Below are positions 48,563-58,243 of a DNA stretch of 64,000 nucleotides, piece after piece. The DNA comes from an uncultured Chloroflexia bacterium (lineage in GTDB: Bacteria > Chloroflexota > Dehalococcoidia > DSTF01 > JALHUB01), in assembly GCA_963763495.1 (NCBI GenBank), contig CAVXOY010000018.1, positions 16,592 through 80,591 of the forward strand. The letters run 5' to 3'. Position 1 is the stretch's first letter. Each line of letters opens with the position of its first letter. The position numbers and the translations under genes are program-made. Below the pieces are notes generated by a model that was not told the origin of the DNA, did not search any database, and saw nothing but the letters and a program-made list of their open reading frames with translations.

Positions 48563-49543
48563 ATGACGGCTGACAACGACACCCCCCGCTTCTTCGGCGG
48601 TATCGACCTCGGCGGCACCAAGATCCTCTCCCTCGTCGTCGACGCCGCCGGCTCGAAACTGGCGGAGGACGTCCGCCTCACCCTGACCGCCGAGGGCCCC
48701 GACGCCGTCGTCGCCCGCATGGTCGCCTCCCTGCGCGAGAGCCTCAAGAAAGCGGGCCTCCGCGACCGGCAGTTGGCGGCAATCGGCATCTGCTCTCCCG
48801 GCCCCATCGACTGTGATCGTGGCATCGTCACCCAGGCGCCCAACCTCCCCGGCTGGCACGATGTTCCCCTTACCGCCCTCTTCCAGCAGGCCTTCGGCGT
48901 CCCTTGCATCCTCGAGAACGACTGCAACGCGGCCGCCGTCGCCGAGCACCGCTTCGGCGCCGGTCGCGGTACCCGCCACATGCTCTACATGACCGTCAGC
49001 AGCGGCATCGGCGGCGGCATTATCATCGACGGCGCGTTGTATCGAGGCGTATCGGGAGGAGCGGGAGAAGTCGGCCACATCCCCCTAAACGAAGACGGCC
49101 CTCTCTGCGGCTGCGGCCGTCACGGCTGCGTCGAGGCCTACAGCTCCGGGCTTGCCATCGCCCGCATCGCGAGGGAGTACGCCGCCGCGAACCCCGACTC
49201 CCGTCTCGCTCGCCTCGCCGTCGAGAACGCGTCTTTCACCGCCAAGGACGTCTACGACGCCGCCCGCGACGGCGACGAGCCCGCGCGCGAGATCATCACC
49301 ACGGCGGGCCGCCGGCTGGGTTCGGACGTTGCCACCCTCATCGACATCTTCAATCCGGAGATGATCGTCATCGGCGGCAGCCTGATCAAGATGGGGGAGA
49401 TGTACCTGGGGCCGATGCGCGAGGCGGCGAAGAGCCAGGCCTTCCCCCTCCTCTGGAACGACGTTCGCATCGTCGAAGTCGCTCTCGGCGACTCAGCCCC
49501 CGCCCTCGGCGCTGCCGCCGTCGCCGCCGACGCCTTCAAATAG
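48563..49543 (+). CDS. ROK-family sugar kinase (glucokinase-like)
   Basis: FFGGIDLGGTKI...ENDCNAAAVAEHRFGAG...VSSGIGGGIIIDG...GEVGHI...CGCGRHGCVEAY. Confidence 0.88.
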   Translation: MTADNDTPRFFGGIDLGGTKILSLVVDAAGSKLAEDVRLTLTAEGPDAVVARMVASLRESLKKAGLRDRQLAAIGICSPGPIDCDRGIVTQAPNLPGWHDVPLTALFQQAFGVPCILENDCNAAAVAEHRFGAGRGTRHMLYMTVSSGIGGGIIIDGALYRGVSGGAGEVGHIPLNEDGPLCGCGRHGCVEAYSSGLAIARIAREYAAANPDSRLARLAVENASFTAKDVYDAARDGDEPAREIITTAGRRLGSDVATLIDIFNPEMIVIGGSLIKMGEMYLGPMREAAKSQAFPLLWNDVRIVEVALGDSAPALGAAAVAADAFK

Positions 49544-49647
49544 CGCCTCACGCTCTGTCTCGGTAGGGTCAAGCGTCTCTGCCCGACCCCCAGTCCTCCG
49601 GCAACCTTGCAGCGCTGCGGCGGCTGGCGGCGCTGTAGTCCCTGCCG

Positions 49648-50103
49648 TCAGCTTGCGGGGCGGATGCTGATGACCTCGTCGAGCTTGTTCGCCTCGTCGG
49701 CGACCGTGAGGCACACTACCTTGTACTCGCCCGCCTGCTCGACGCGGAAGGGGAAGGAGAGGTCGCCCGCGACCGGCGTCGCTTCCGGGCTGCCCTCCGG
49801 GTTGGCGGGTATCGTCGCCTTCCCGATGACCTGCACGACCGTGCTCCCCTGCTTGAGGCGGCACTCCACCTCCACCGGCACCGGATAGGTCTGGCTGTAC
49901 GCCAGCTCCACCCGTAGCTCCTCGCCCGCCGTCCTCGTGCCCGTGATCCGCAGGCCGGCCAGCGGGTCGGTGAGCTCGTCGCTGCTGCCGAACCCGATGC
50001 CGCAGCCCGTCGATAGCAGGGCCGCCGGGCCCAGCACCAGGAACAGCAGGATAGTGGGGACTCTTCTCAAGGGACAGCCTCGAATGATGGTCGAGGCCAT
50101 CAT
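49648..50103 (-). CDS. lipoprotein of unknown function
   Basis: Signal peptide plus lipobox ILLFLVLGPAALLSTGC. I recognise no family. Confidence 0.5.
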   Translation of the reverse strand: MMASTIIRGCPLRRVPTILLFLVLGPAALLSTGCGIGFGSSDELTDPLAGLRITGTRTAGEELRVELAYSQTYPVPVEVECRLKQGSTVVQVIGKATIPANPEGSPEATPVAGDLSFPFRVEQAGEYKVVCLTVADEANKLDEVISIRPAS

Positions 50104-50173
50104 AGCATAGAGCCCCGAACGAGCCCACCGCCTCTCGATTGCGACCCCTCCTGCCGCTGGCTATAATGGTCGT

Positions 50174-50851
50174 GTGAAGGCCCTCGACCTGCACCCGTGG
50201 GATGTCTCCACAGCGGAAGCTGTGGAGATTCAGCGTAAGCTTGCTCCCCGCGTAGTGCGGGAGGGTGTCCCGGCGGATGTCCGTCGCGTCGCCGGCGTCG
50301 ACATCTCGGTGGGACGGGGTTCCGCCGATGGCCGCGGCGCCGTCGTCGTTCTCCGCTATCCGGAGATGGAGGTGGAGGAGCAGGTGGTAGTGGAGGCCCG
50401 CGTGGGCTTCCCCTACGTGCCCGGCCTCCTCTCCTTCCGCGAGATACCCGTTCTGCTGGAGGCCTTCCGTCAGGTGAAGGAGAAGCCCGACCTGGTGCTC
50501 GTCGACGGCCAGGGGCTCGCGCACCCTCGCCGCTTTGGCATCGCCTGCCATCTCGGCCTGCTGCTCGACGTGCCGGCGGTCGGCTGCGCCAAGTCGCGGC
50601 TCTGCGGTGAGCACGGCCCGCCGGCGATGGAAGCGGGAAGCAGCGTCCCGCTCACGGACGGCGACGAGGTGATCGGCGCTGTTCTGCGCACCCGCGACGG
50701 CGTGTCGCCCGTCTACGTCTCGATAGGCCATCGCATCGCCCTGGACGAGGCGGTCGCCTGGGTGCTGCGCTGCTGCCGGGGATATCGGATACCGGAGCCG
50801 ACCCGCCTGGCCCACATGGCGGCCGGCGGCGCCTTGGCTATTAGCTCTTGA
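50174..50851 (+). CDS. nfi: endonuclease V (deoxyinosine 3' endonuclease)
   Basis: AGVDIS...FPYVPGLLSFREIPVLLEAF...LVLVDGQGLAHPRRFGIACHLG...VGCAKS...PVYVSIGHRI. Confidence 0.9.
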   Translation: MKALDLHPWDVSTAEAVEIQRKLAPRVVREGVPADVRRVAGVDISVGRGSADGRGAVVVLRYPEMEVEEQVVVEARVGFPYVPGLLSFREIPVLLEAFRQVKEKPDLVLVDGQGLAHPRRFGIACHLGLLLDVPAVGCAKSRLCGEHGPPAMEAGSSVPLTDGDEVIGAVLRTRDGVSPVYVSIGHRIALDEAVAWVLRCCRGYRIPEPTRLAHMAAGGALAISS

Positions 50852-50859
50852 GGGGTGAA

Positions 50860-51971
50860 ATGCAGGAGATCATAGAGAAGATCGCAGACTTGGAGAGCCG
50901 GATAGCGAAGATCATGGTGCGTCTTTGACGTAGCTGCTGTTGAGAAAGAGGCGCGGCAGCTAGAGGAAGAGTCGGCGCGCCCCGGCTTCTGGGATGACGG
51001 CACCTCAGCTCAGGCGGTGATGAAGCGGCTGGCGGACGCCCAGGAGGTCATCTCCACCTGGCGCGACCTGGAGCGGGCGGCGGGTGACCTGCGCGGTTTC
51101 GCCGAGCTGGCGCAGTCGGAAGGCGATGGAGATGACGGCCTCGCTTCGGAGACTCACCGACGAGGTCGACGCCCTGGCGGCGCGGCTGGACAGACTGGAG
51201 TTCGACCTCTCCTTCTCCGGCCCCTATGACAAGCGAAGCGCCATCGTCGCCATCCACGCCGGCGCCGGCGGCACCGAGTCGCAGGACTGGGCGGAGATGC
51301 TGTTCCGCATGTACCTCCGCTGGGCGGAGCGGCGTCGCTACAGCACCGATGTCCTCGACGTCGCGCCCGGCGACGAGGCAGGGATAAAGAGCGCGACTCT
51401 GGAGATAGGTGGCCGCTACGCCTACGGCCGCCTCCGCAGCGAGCGCGGCGTCCACCGGTTGGTGCGTCTCTCCCCCTTCGACGCCGATCACGCCCGCCAC
51501 ACATCCTTCGCCCTCGTCGAGGTGATGCCCGAGTCCGAAGGAGCGGCGGAGATATCCATCAACCCCGAAGACCTCCGCATCGATGTCTTCCGGGCCAGCG
51601 GTCACGGCGGCCAGAACGTCCAGAAGAACGCCACCGCTGTCCGCATCACCCACATCCCGACCGGCATCGTCGCCACCTGCCAGAACGAGCGCTCCCAGCA
51701 CCGCAACCGGGATTCCGCCATGAAGGTCCTGGAGGCGCGGCTCCTGGAGCAGGAGCTCGACAAGCAGGCCGAGGAGCAGGCCCGGATCAAGGGCGAGCAC
51801 GTCGCCGCCGGCTGGGGGAACCAGATCCGCAGCTACGTGCTGCACCCCTACAAGATGGTGAAGGATCACCGCACCAGTCACGAGACGAGCGATCCCAACG
51901 CCGTGCTCGACGGCGACCTGGACGGGTTTATGGAGGCGTATCTCAAAGCGACGATAGGGGGTACATCGTGA
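50860..51971 (+). CDS. prfB: peptide chain release factor 2, with the programmed +1 frameshift at codon 23 plus one additional unexpected frame break near 51120
   Basis: MQEIIEKIADLESRIAKIMVRL then in-frame TGA (50926-50928). The +1 frame continues DVAAVEKEARQLEEESARPGFWDD.... The main body is ORF 51084-51971, with SPF motif (RLSPFD) and GGQ (SGHGGQNVQK). Confidence 0.93.
50923..50929 (+). promoter_or_regulatory. prfB programmed +1 ribosomal frameshift site CTT TGA C
   Basis: The slippery CUU-UGA-C heptamer is in frame with ATG 50860 (codons 22-23). The upstream SD-like element is weak (GGTG at 50916-50919). Confidence 0.85.
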
Positions 51972-53291
51972 AGCTCATGGTTCGGGCAATAGCCCTGGCC
52001 TTCGCTGCCTGGATGTTGCTCGGCGGCGCTGTGACCGCCCAGGGCAGCATAACCGTCGATTTCGCGAACGCCCGCAACGAGTTCCCCGACGGCGTCGTCT
52101 TTGACATCTCCGTCCACAGCGATGTCGAGATCACCAGCGTCCGCTTCCGCTACACGATCCCGCCGGAGGGCGCGAACGTCTACGGCGAGCCGGAGTGCAA
52201 CAGCGGCGAGCAGGTCCGTTGCACCTTCAACCTCAAGAGCAGCCCCAAGCTCTTTCTCGCCCCCGGCACCACCGTCATTCATCACTGGCAGATCGAGGAC
52301 GCGGACGGCAACGAGCTGGAGACAGAGCCCGTCACGTTCATCTATGAGGATACCCGCTTTGACTGGGAGAGTATCAGCGAAGGTAATCTGGTCCTCTGGT
52401 ACTACTCCGCCGACGAGTCCGAGGTGACCCCTGTCCTTCAGACCGCCGTTGAGGGGCTGCAACGCATGGAAGATCTCCTCGGCGCCACCGTCGATTTCCC
52501 GGTGAAGGTCTTCCGCTATGCCTCCGCCGAAGAGATGCGGGAGGCGTCGTTCTACTCCAAGGACGCTCCCGCCGGCATCATCACCCTCGGCGAGGTCCCC
52601 TTCTCCGATACGGCTCTCGTGTCGGCAGACTACGAACCCCTCGACGTCTTGCGCCACGAGCTGGCGCACATAGTGGTAAGAAAGGCGGTCGAAGGGCCCT
52701 TCAGCAACATTCCCGCCTGGCTGGACGAGGGCACCGCCGTCTACGCCCAGGTGCGTCCTCTCGCCGGTGAGGAGGAGGCCCTGGAGGAGGCCATCCGCAA
52801 CGACGATGTCCTGTCGGTGCGGGGCATGACCTCTGCCAGTCTGGCCCGTAGCGCCTCCAACGTCAGCCTCTTCTACGCTCAGGCGTGGAGCGTAGTGTCG
52901 TTCCTCGTCGAGACGGGAGGGGAGGAGCAAGTACGCTCAGCTATTCGCCGCCCTCAAAGAGGGCACCACCGTCGACAAAGCCCTGCAGTCGATCTACGGC
53001 TTCGACCAGAACGGCCTGGACAACGCCTGGCGGGAGAGCGTAGGCCTTTCCCCGCGTGAGTCTGCGGGCTCCGGCGGGAAGAGCACTGCCGTGCCCCAGA
53101 TCACCCCCTTCAGCCTGGATGGCCAGCAGGGCGGCGAGTCGCGAGAAACGCCGTCGGCAGCGGATGGAGAGGGAGATGAGGGATTCCCGGTTGTCACCGT
53201 GGTGGCAGTGGCTGTTGCCGCCGTCGTAGTCGGTGGCTTTGCGGTGGGAGGGTTCGCCCTGGCGCGTCGCCGCCGCAAGCCGTCGTCCTAG
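51968..53291 (+). CDS. secreted HExxH zinc-metallopeptidase-like protein (peptidase-MA-like) with a C-terminal TM anchor, frame broken once near 52930
   Basis: The GTG overlaps the prfB stop. Signal peptide AIALAFAAWMLLGGAVTAQG. HELAH motif (VLRHELAHIVV), with LDEGTAVY downstream. The tail is in ORF 53091-53291: FPVVTVVAVAVAAVVVGGFAVGGFALARRRRK. Confidence 0.65.
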
Positions 53292-54812
53292 CGGTCGGTC
53301 TTCGCTGTGCCCTCGCCCGACGCCGTGTCGCTCTTCAGCGCCAGCTTCGTGGCCCCGAAGTAGGCCGGGCGGTAGCCGAAAACGGAGGCGTTGCTCTTCT
53401 CCGCGTCGCTCACGTAGAAGAACTGGTATCCCTCGTCGCTGAACGCCTGAAAAGCGTTGTATTTCAGTAGCCAGACGTAGCGTATGTCGTTCTCCTCGTC
53501 CACCGCCACTCCTCTATCCGAAAGCATGCTTATCGCCTTGTAGTCGTGGTCGAGGATGCCGATATCCAGCCTGTCCTTGTTCCGCATGACGAACTGCGGG
53601 TAGATGAACCCGGTGAAGACGACCGAGTGCGGAGGTAGGGAGATGCTTGCCAGCTCGTCGGCGAAATTGCGCTGGTTCTTCAGCGTGTCGATGTCGGACA
53701 GCATCATCCCGCTGCCGATCTCGGCGCTGGTAAAGCTCTCCCGGTTGATCTCGTCCCCGGGAGTCGTGACATCGACGAAGCCGGCGAACAGTATCATCGC
53801 CGACACTCCGACCAGCACCGTTCTCTGGAAGTAGCGCGCCATCAAGAAGAACCCGAAGGGGAAGACGGGGATGAGATATGCCACCTCGTGAGGCAGGCGG
53901 GTGAAGGACGTGAAGAAAAGAAGGATCATTGCCACCCATAGCGCCAGGTGCGACTCTCTTGTCAGGTCGCGGGGCAGCTTGAGAAGCCTTGGCACAGACA
54001 GTATCAGGCCAATGATGACTGACAGGGTGCCCACAATCCCCAACGTATCTTTGCCCAGCAGCTTCAGGACAGAGAGAAAGCCCACTTTCGCGTCGTAGAA
54101 GTTGAACATCCGCAGCCCGTAGACCGCGAGCACAGGCGAGTAGGCGATCAGCGAGGTCGCCCCTAGAGCGCCCAAGAACGGTATCGCCGACCGGAGCTGG
54201 CGCTCTCGCCACAGCCAGATCAGGAAAGCGGGCGCCGCCCAGCAGGAAGTGAGGCGAAACCCGATGGCCAGCCCCAAACAGACGCCGCCCAAGACGAGGC
54301 GTCCGCGCATCAGAGCTAAGTAGCAGCCCAGGATGAACGTCAGGGCCCACATGTAGTCCATCGTGCTTACGCTGTTTATCCAGAGCAGCGGCGCGAAGGC
54401 GAAGGCTACCGTCAGCACACCCTTGTTGGGCAGCTTCAGCTCTGCCAGTATCCGAGCGAAGAGATAGACGCCGACGAGCGAGACCAAGACAGTGGAGAGG
54501 TTCGTCCAGACCCAGCCGGCGCGCACCAGGGGCACAGTGACGAACTCGTGCAGCGGGAAGCCGGGCAGCCGGGAAGGGTAGTACTCGCCGTCGGAGAGGA
54601 GATGCTCGGCCGTGAGGGCCACGCGCCAGGCGTCGGGGTCGGTCCCGTAGCCCAGGTTCAGCCAGGGGATACGCGACACCACGTACACGACGGCAAGCGC
54701 CGCGAACGCCAGCGGCTGCGTGAAATCGAACTCCAGCGCCCGGTCGATGATGGCTCCCTATCGTTCCCTGCTGGCGGAATGCGGTTCCGCCTGTGGCTTC
54801 AGAGGATTCCAA
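53288..54812 (-). CDS. GT-C-fold membrane glycosyltransferase (GT39/PMT_2/ArnT-like), probable frame break near 54755
   Basis: The 466-aa ORF 53288-54688 is polytopic: YGTDPDAWR...SRLPGFPLHEF.... The frame stays open upstream (AIIDRALEFDFTQPLAFAALAVVY) without a start codon. ATG 54812 (MESSEATGGTAFRQQGTIG) is in another frame. Confidence 0.65.
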
Positions 54813-54844
54813 GGCCAGACCTTTCTAGTTTCCGGACGTTGACG

Positions 54845-55618
54845 TCAGGGCAGGATAATCCCGCTCTCTCGTCGTTCCGGCGCTCGTTGCTCCGCCGCTC
54901 GCTGCTCTATCGGCGATGACTCCCATGTGCCCTCGACCGGCTGGAGCGGCTTCCCCTGTGCAAACCGTACGATCTGCGCAATCAACGTGCTCTCATCCAG
55001 CGCCCCCACGAGAAACACTCTCTCGTCGAGGATGATGAACGGCACCGCCCGCACCCGGTAGCGCTCGGCCAGGCGGGGGAACTCGCCGATCTCCACCACG
55101 TCGGCGCTTATGCGAGGACTCTCCAGCGCCATCTTGTGGACCAGGCGGGCGACGCTGGGGCAATGAGGACAAGTGGGCGTAACGAAGACCTGAATCGCGA
55201 TGTCCTTCCTTAGCTTGCGCAACTGGCGAACCGTTTCTGTCGCCAGCTCTACCTTGCCGCGGGAGACATCGACGATGTCATCGATGAACGCCGGGAACTC
55301 GTGTCCGGCGGGAAACCCGTAGAACCGGATCGGCCTGTTGACAGGGCCTCGGAGCACCGTCCCCGGCACCTTGTCCACCTTGAGGCTGGCTGCGTCCGCG
55401 GTCGCCTCTGAGAACTCATATGTGTTGAGCCTTATCTTGGGTGAGAGCGCTGCCAACTCCTTGAGCGTCTGCTGTGTCTCCTCGCAGTAGGGGCACTCCT
55501 CCCGGCCGGGGACGATGATGGGGAGCTTCCGCTGCGTGAAGTGGTCGATCTTGACGGTGCCCACCAGTTCCCGGGCAAAGCGGGCGCGCAGGTACTCTTG
55601 GTCATGCAAAGAAATCAC
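54845..55618 (-). CDS. two-domain thioredoxin-fold protein disulfide oxidoreductase (glutaredoxin-like, two CxxC motifs)
   Basis: The CPYC and CPHC motifs are ~110 aa apart (PGREECPYCEET; TPTCPHCPSVA), an architecture like archaeal/thermophile PDO. Confidence 0.7.
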   Translation of the reverse strand: MISLHDQEYLRARFARELVGTVKIDHFTQRKLPIIVPGREECPYCEETQQTLKELAALSPKIRLNTYEFSEATADAASLKVDKVPGTVLRGPVNRPIRFYGFPAGHEFPAFIDDIVDVSRGKVELATETVRQLRKLRKDIAIQVFVTPTCPHCPSVARLVHKMALESPRISADVVEIGEFPRLAERYRVRAVPFIILDERVFLVGALDESTLIAQIVRFAQGKPLQPVEGTWESSPIEQRAAEQRAPERRESGIILP

Positions 55619-55650
55619 TGGAATCTCTCGCTATGCGCTGCACCTGTCCC

Positions 55651-56247
55651 CTAGGGCTCCTCTGTTTGGCGCGCTCGCAACTGACGCCACACCCCCACGA
55701 TGCGCTCCAGGACGGTGAGGTTGGTCAGCACGGCTAGTATCCAGAGGACGATGCGCATCTGGTCTATGATAAGCCCTATGCCGAGGACGATCACCCGTTC
55801 CGGCCGGGTAAAGAGGCCGTCCCGCATCTGCAGTCCTGCCGCTTCCGCCCGTGCCCGCACGTAGCTCACCAGAAGCGACCCCACTACCGCCGCGAAGGCC
55901 AAGACCGTCTCCTCGCGATGGCCGTGGCTGCTGAAATAGAAGAGGACGCCGCCCAGCACCGCCGCCTCAGAAAGACGGTCGGCCACCGAGTCGAATACTC
56001 CCCCGAAAACCGTCGCTTTTCCGGTGGCCCTCGCCAGGAGGCCGTCCATCATGTCCAGGGCGGCTGCCGCCGCCATCACGATACCGCCTGCCAGGAACTC
56101 GCCCCTCGCGATTAGGACGGAGGCTCCCAGCGCTCCCAATAGTCCCAGAGCAGTGATCATGTTCGGGGTGAGGCCGGTCTTCGCCAGGGCTCGGCCGACA
56201 GGCTCGGTTACCTGACGGGGTAGGGAATGAGGGATGATGTTGAACAT
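55651..56247 (-). CDS. CDP-alcohol phosphatidyltransferase (phosphatidylinositol-phosphate-synthase-like)
   Basis: Exact D-x2-D-G-x2-A-R-x8-G-x3-D-x3-D motif: DMMDGLLARATGKATVFGGVFDSVADR. A short (198 aa) 6-TM-type enzyme adjacent to a PimA-like GT4. Confidence 0.8.
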   Translation of the reverse strand: MFNIIPHSLPRQVTEPVGRALAKTGLTPNMITALGLLGALGASVLIARGEFLAGGIVMAAAAALDMMDGLLARATGKATVFGGVFDSVADRLSEAAVLGGVLFYFSSHGHREETVLAFAAVVGSLLVSYVRARAEAAGLQMRDGLFTRPERVIVLGIGLIIDQMRIVLWILAVLTNLTVLERIVGVWRQLRARQTEEP

Positions 56248-56265
56248 GAATGCAGTCCTTGCTGG

Positions 56266-57414
56266 CTATGGCGGATTCGTGGCTCCTACCTTGCGTTCGT
56301 ACTGAAGTCGTTCGTAGTAGGTGAGCACCCGCTGCGAGACGCGCTCCCAACTGTATTCCTGAGCCCGCTGCTGCGCTCGTTCTCCCATCTCGCGGCGCTG
56401 GTCAGGGTCGGCCAGCAGCTCGATAATGGCCTCAGCTAGGGCATCTACCTCCTTGGGCCGCACCAGGAGCCCCTCCACGCCGTGGGTGATGACGCTGGCA
56501 TACCCCTCGATGTTGCTGGCCACCATCGGCCTTCCTGCCGCCATCGCTTCCAAGAGAACGATCCCCTGGCTCTCGTTGCCCGTTGCCGGGGCGCAGACAA
56601 CGTCGGCTGTGTGCTGATAGCGCGCCAAGTCATCGTAAGAGACGTGACCGATGAACTCCACGTCCGCCAGCCCCTTCTCGGCAACCCAGTTCCGATAGCC
56701 ACGCGCCGCCCGGGTCGATGGGCCGACGATGAGGAGACGGGTCTCCGGCATCTTCGCTTTCACCGTTGCGAACGCTTCCAGGAGGTACTTGACGCCCTTT
56801 CGCTTCTCCAGCCGCCCCACGAACAGGACGTTCGGCCTGCCGTCGCTGTATTGAGGGATAGGGTCGCGCTCGCAGGCGAAATGCTCCACGTCCACGCCGT
56901 TGGGAATGATGTTGTAGTAGCCGGGGAAGTAGCGGCTGACGTGGTGCATCGCCGGCACGGAGACGGCGATCTTGCCGTCCAGGCGGCGGAACCAGCGCTT
57001 CAGGGCGCGGTGGCCGTAGAGATACCAGCGATTGCCTCCCCCCTCCTTCGCCGCGTGGAACGTGGCGACGTTGACGGCGTCGGACAGGCGCACGAAGTGA
57101 AACGGGAGGAACGGCGCAAAAGGCTCGTGCACGTGGACGACGTCAAATTGCCCCTCCTGAAGAAAACGCTTCACCTTTGGCGCCATGCGGAGGGACAAGG
57201 CGACGCGCGCTACCGAGCCGCTCGCTGGTACGCCGACAGGCCGGCCGATGGGGATGACGTTCTCCTCCGGCTTGTGAAGCGAGGGGCGGGATGATGGCGC
57301 GGCTATCTGCACCTCGTGACCCAGCCGGGTGAAGTTATCCCTCAGGTGGGAGATGTGACTGTTCACGCCTCCCGGCACGGCGAAATCGTAGGGCGATACG
57401 AGGGCTATCTTCAT
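56266..57414 (-). CDS. GT4 glycosyltransferase, PimA (phosphatidylinositol mannosyltransferase)-like
   Basis: Start at MKIALVSPYDFAVPGGVNSHISHL, inside ORF 56266-57492. HVHEPFAP...ATFH...FVGRLEKRKG.... E-x7-E motif ESQGIVLLEAMAAG. The ATG overlaps the PHP gene stop (ATGA, 57411-57414). Confidence 0.8.
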   Translation of the reverse strand: MKIALVSPYDFAVPGGVNSHISHLRDNFTRLGHEVQIAAPSSRPSLHKPEENVIPIGRPVGVPASGSVARVALSLRMAPKVKRFLQEGQFDVVHVHEPFAPFLPFHFVRLSDAVNVATFHAAKEGGGNRWYLYGHRALKRWFRRLDGKIAVSVPAMHHVSRYFPGYYNIIPNGVDVEHFACERDPIPQYSDGRPNVLFVGRLEKRKGVKYLLEAFATVKAKMPETRLLIVGPSTRAARGYRNWVAEKGLADVEFIGHVSYDDLARYQHTADVVCAPATGNESQGIVLLEAMAAGRPMVASNIEGYASVITHGVEGLLVRPKEVDALAEAIIELLADPDQRREMGERAQQRAQEYSWERVSQRVLTYYERLQYERKVGATNPP

Positions 57415-58163
57415 CGTCCGAACCGTTTGAAGAAACTGAGTATTGTCGGTCCCCAGCCGCTCTTCTTGGGCGTGACCGAGAAGCCGCGCCACTGCTGGAG
57501 CAGAAACCGCCGGTAGCCGATCTCCGACAGAGTCGGGTATCTCCCATTGTGGGCGCTGGTAGTTCCCATCAGGATACTGTGCCGCAAGTCCTCGGCGCTC
57601 TCTCCTTCGAAGACTGTGTAGGCGCTGCCGACTGCGGGCAGGAAGTGGGCGTCGCTACCGCCGACCTCCGGCAGGTGGTACATCTCCCGGTTTAGATGGC
57701 ACGCCTTCTTCATTCCCACGCCTGCACCGAGTCCCTTCCCGGACAACTGGACGGCGTCGAAGTACACGCCGCTCCCCCGCTCCCGCATGACCCTCTCGAT
57801 TGCTTTATCGCCGATGCTCCGGGTGAGCCAGTTCATCGGATGGGGGATTATGCAGAGTCCTCCCTGCCGGTGCACCGCCTCCAGGGTCGGGATCAGCGGC
57901 TTCAGGCTGGGCACCGGCTTCTCGATGAAAAGGGCGAGGAGATGGCCCTGGAGCGTCGTCACCTCCATCCCGGCTATGACATCGACCCGGTGATGTCCCC
58001 GTGCCCACTCTTCGCGCGCCTCCAGTCCCCCTGTCAAGTCATCGTGGTCGGTGACGGCGATGACGGAGAGGTCGGTCTTCTCGTCTGCGTACTCCAGGAG
58101 TTCGGCGACGGTTGCCATGCCGTCACCGCAGGCGGAATGAATATGCAGGTCTGCTTTGCCCAC
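57411..58163 (-). CDS. PHP-domain metal-dependent phosphoesterase
   Basis: ADLHIHSACGDG...IAVTDHDD...GMEVTT...IIPHP...GGSDAH. These are the canonical PHP His/Asp motifs. Confidence 0.82.
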   Translation of the reverse strand: MGKADLHIHSACGDGMATVAELLEYADEKTDLSVIAVTDHDDLTGGLEAREEWARGHHRVDVIAGMEVTTLQGHLLALFIEKPVPSLKPLIPTLEAVHRQGGLCIIPHPMNWLTRSIGDKAIERVMRERGSGVYFDAVQLSGKGLGAGVGMKKACHLNREMYHLPEVGGSDAHFLPAVGSAYTVFEGESAEDLRHSILMGTTSAHNGRYPTLSEIGYRRFLLQQWRGFSVTPKKSGWGPTILSFFKRFGR

Positions 58164-58243
58164 TACTGAGTCTTCCCGTCGTCTATGGTCTCGGCTGTCA
58201 TTGTACCATCGGTGGCGTAAGGTTGAAGGGCTGACCGAGGCTG

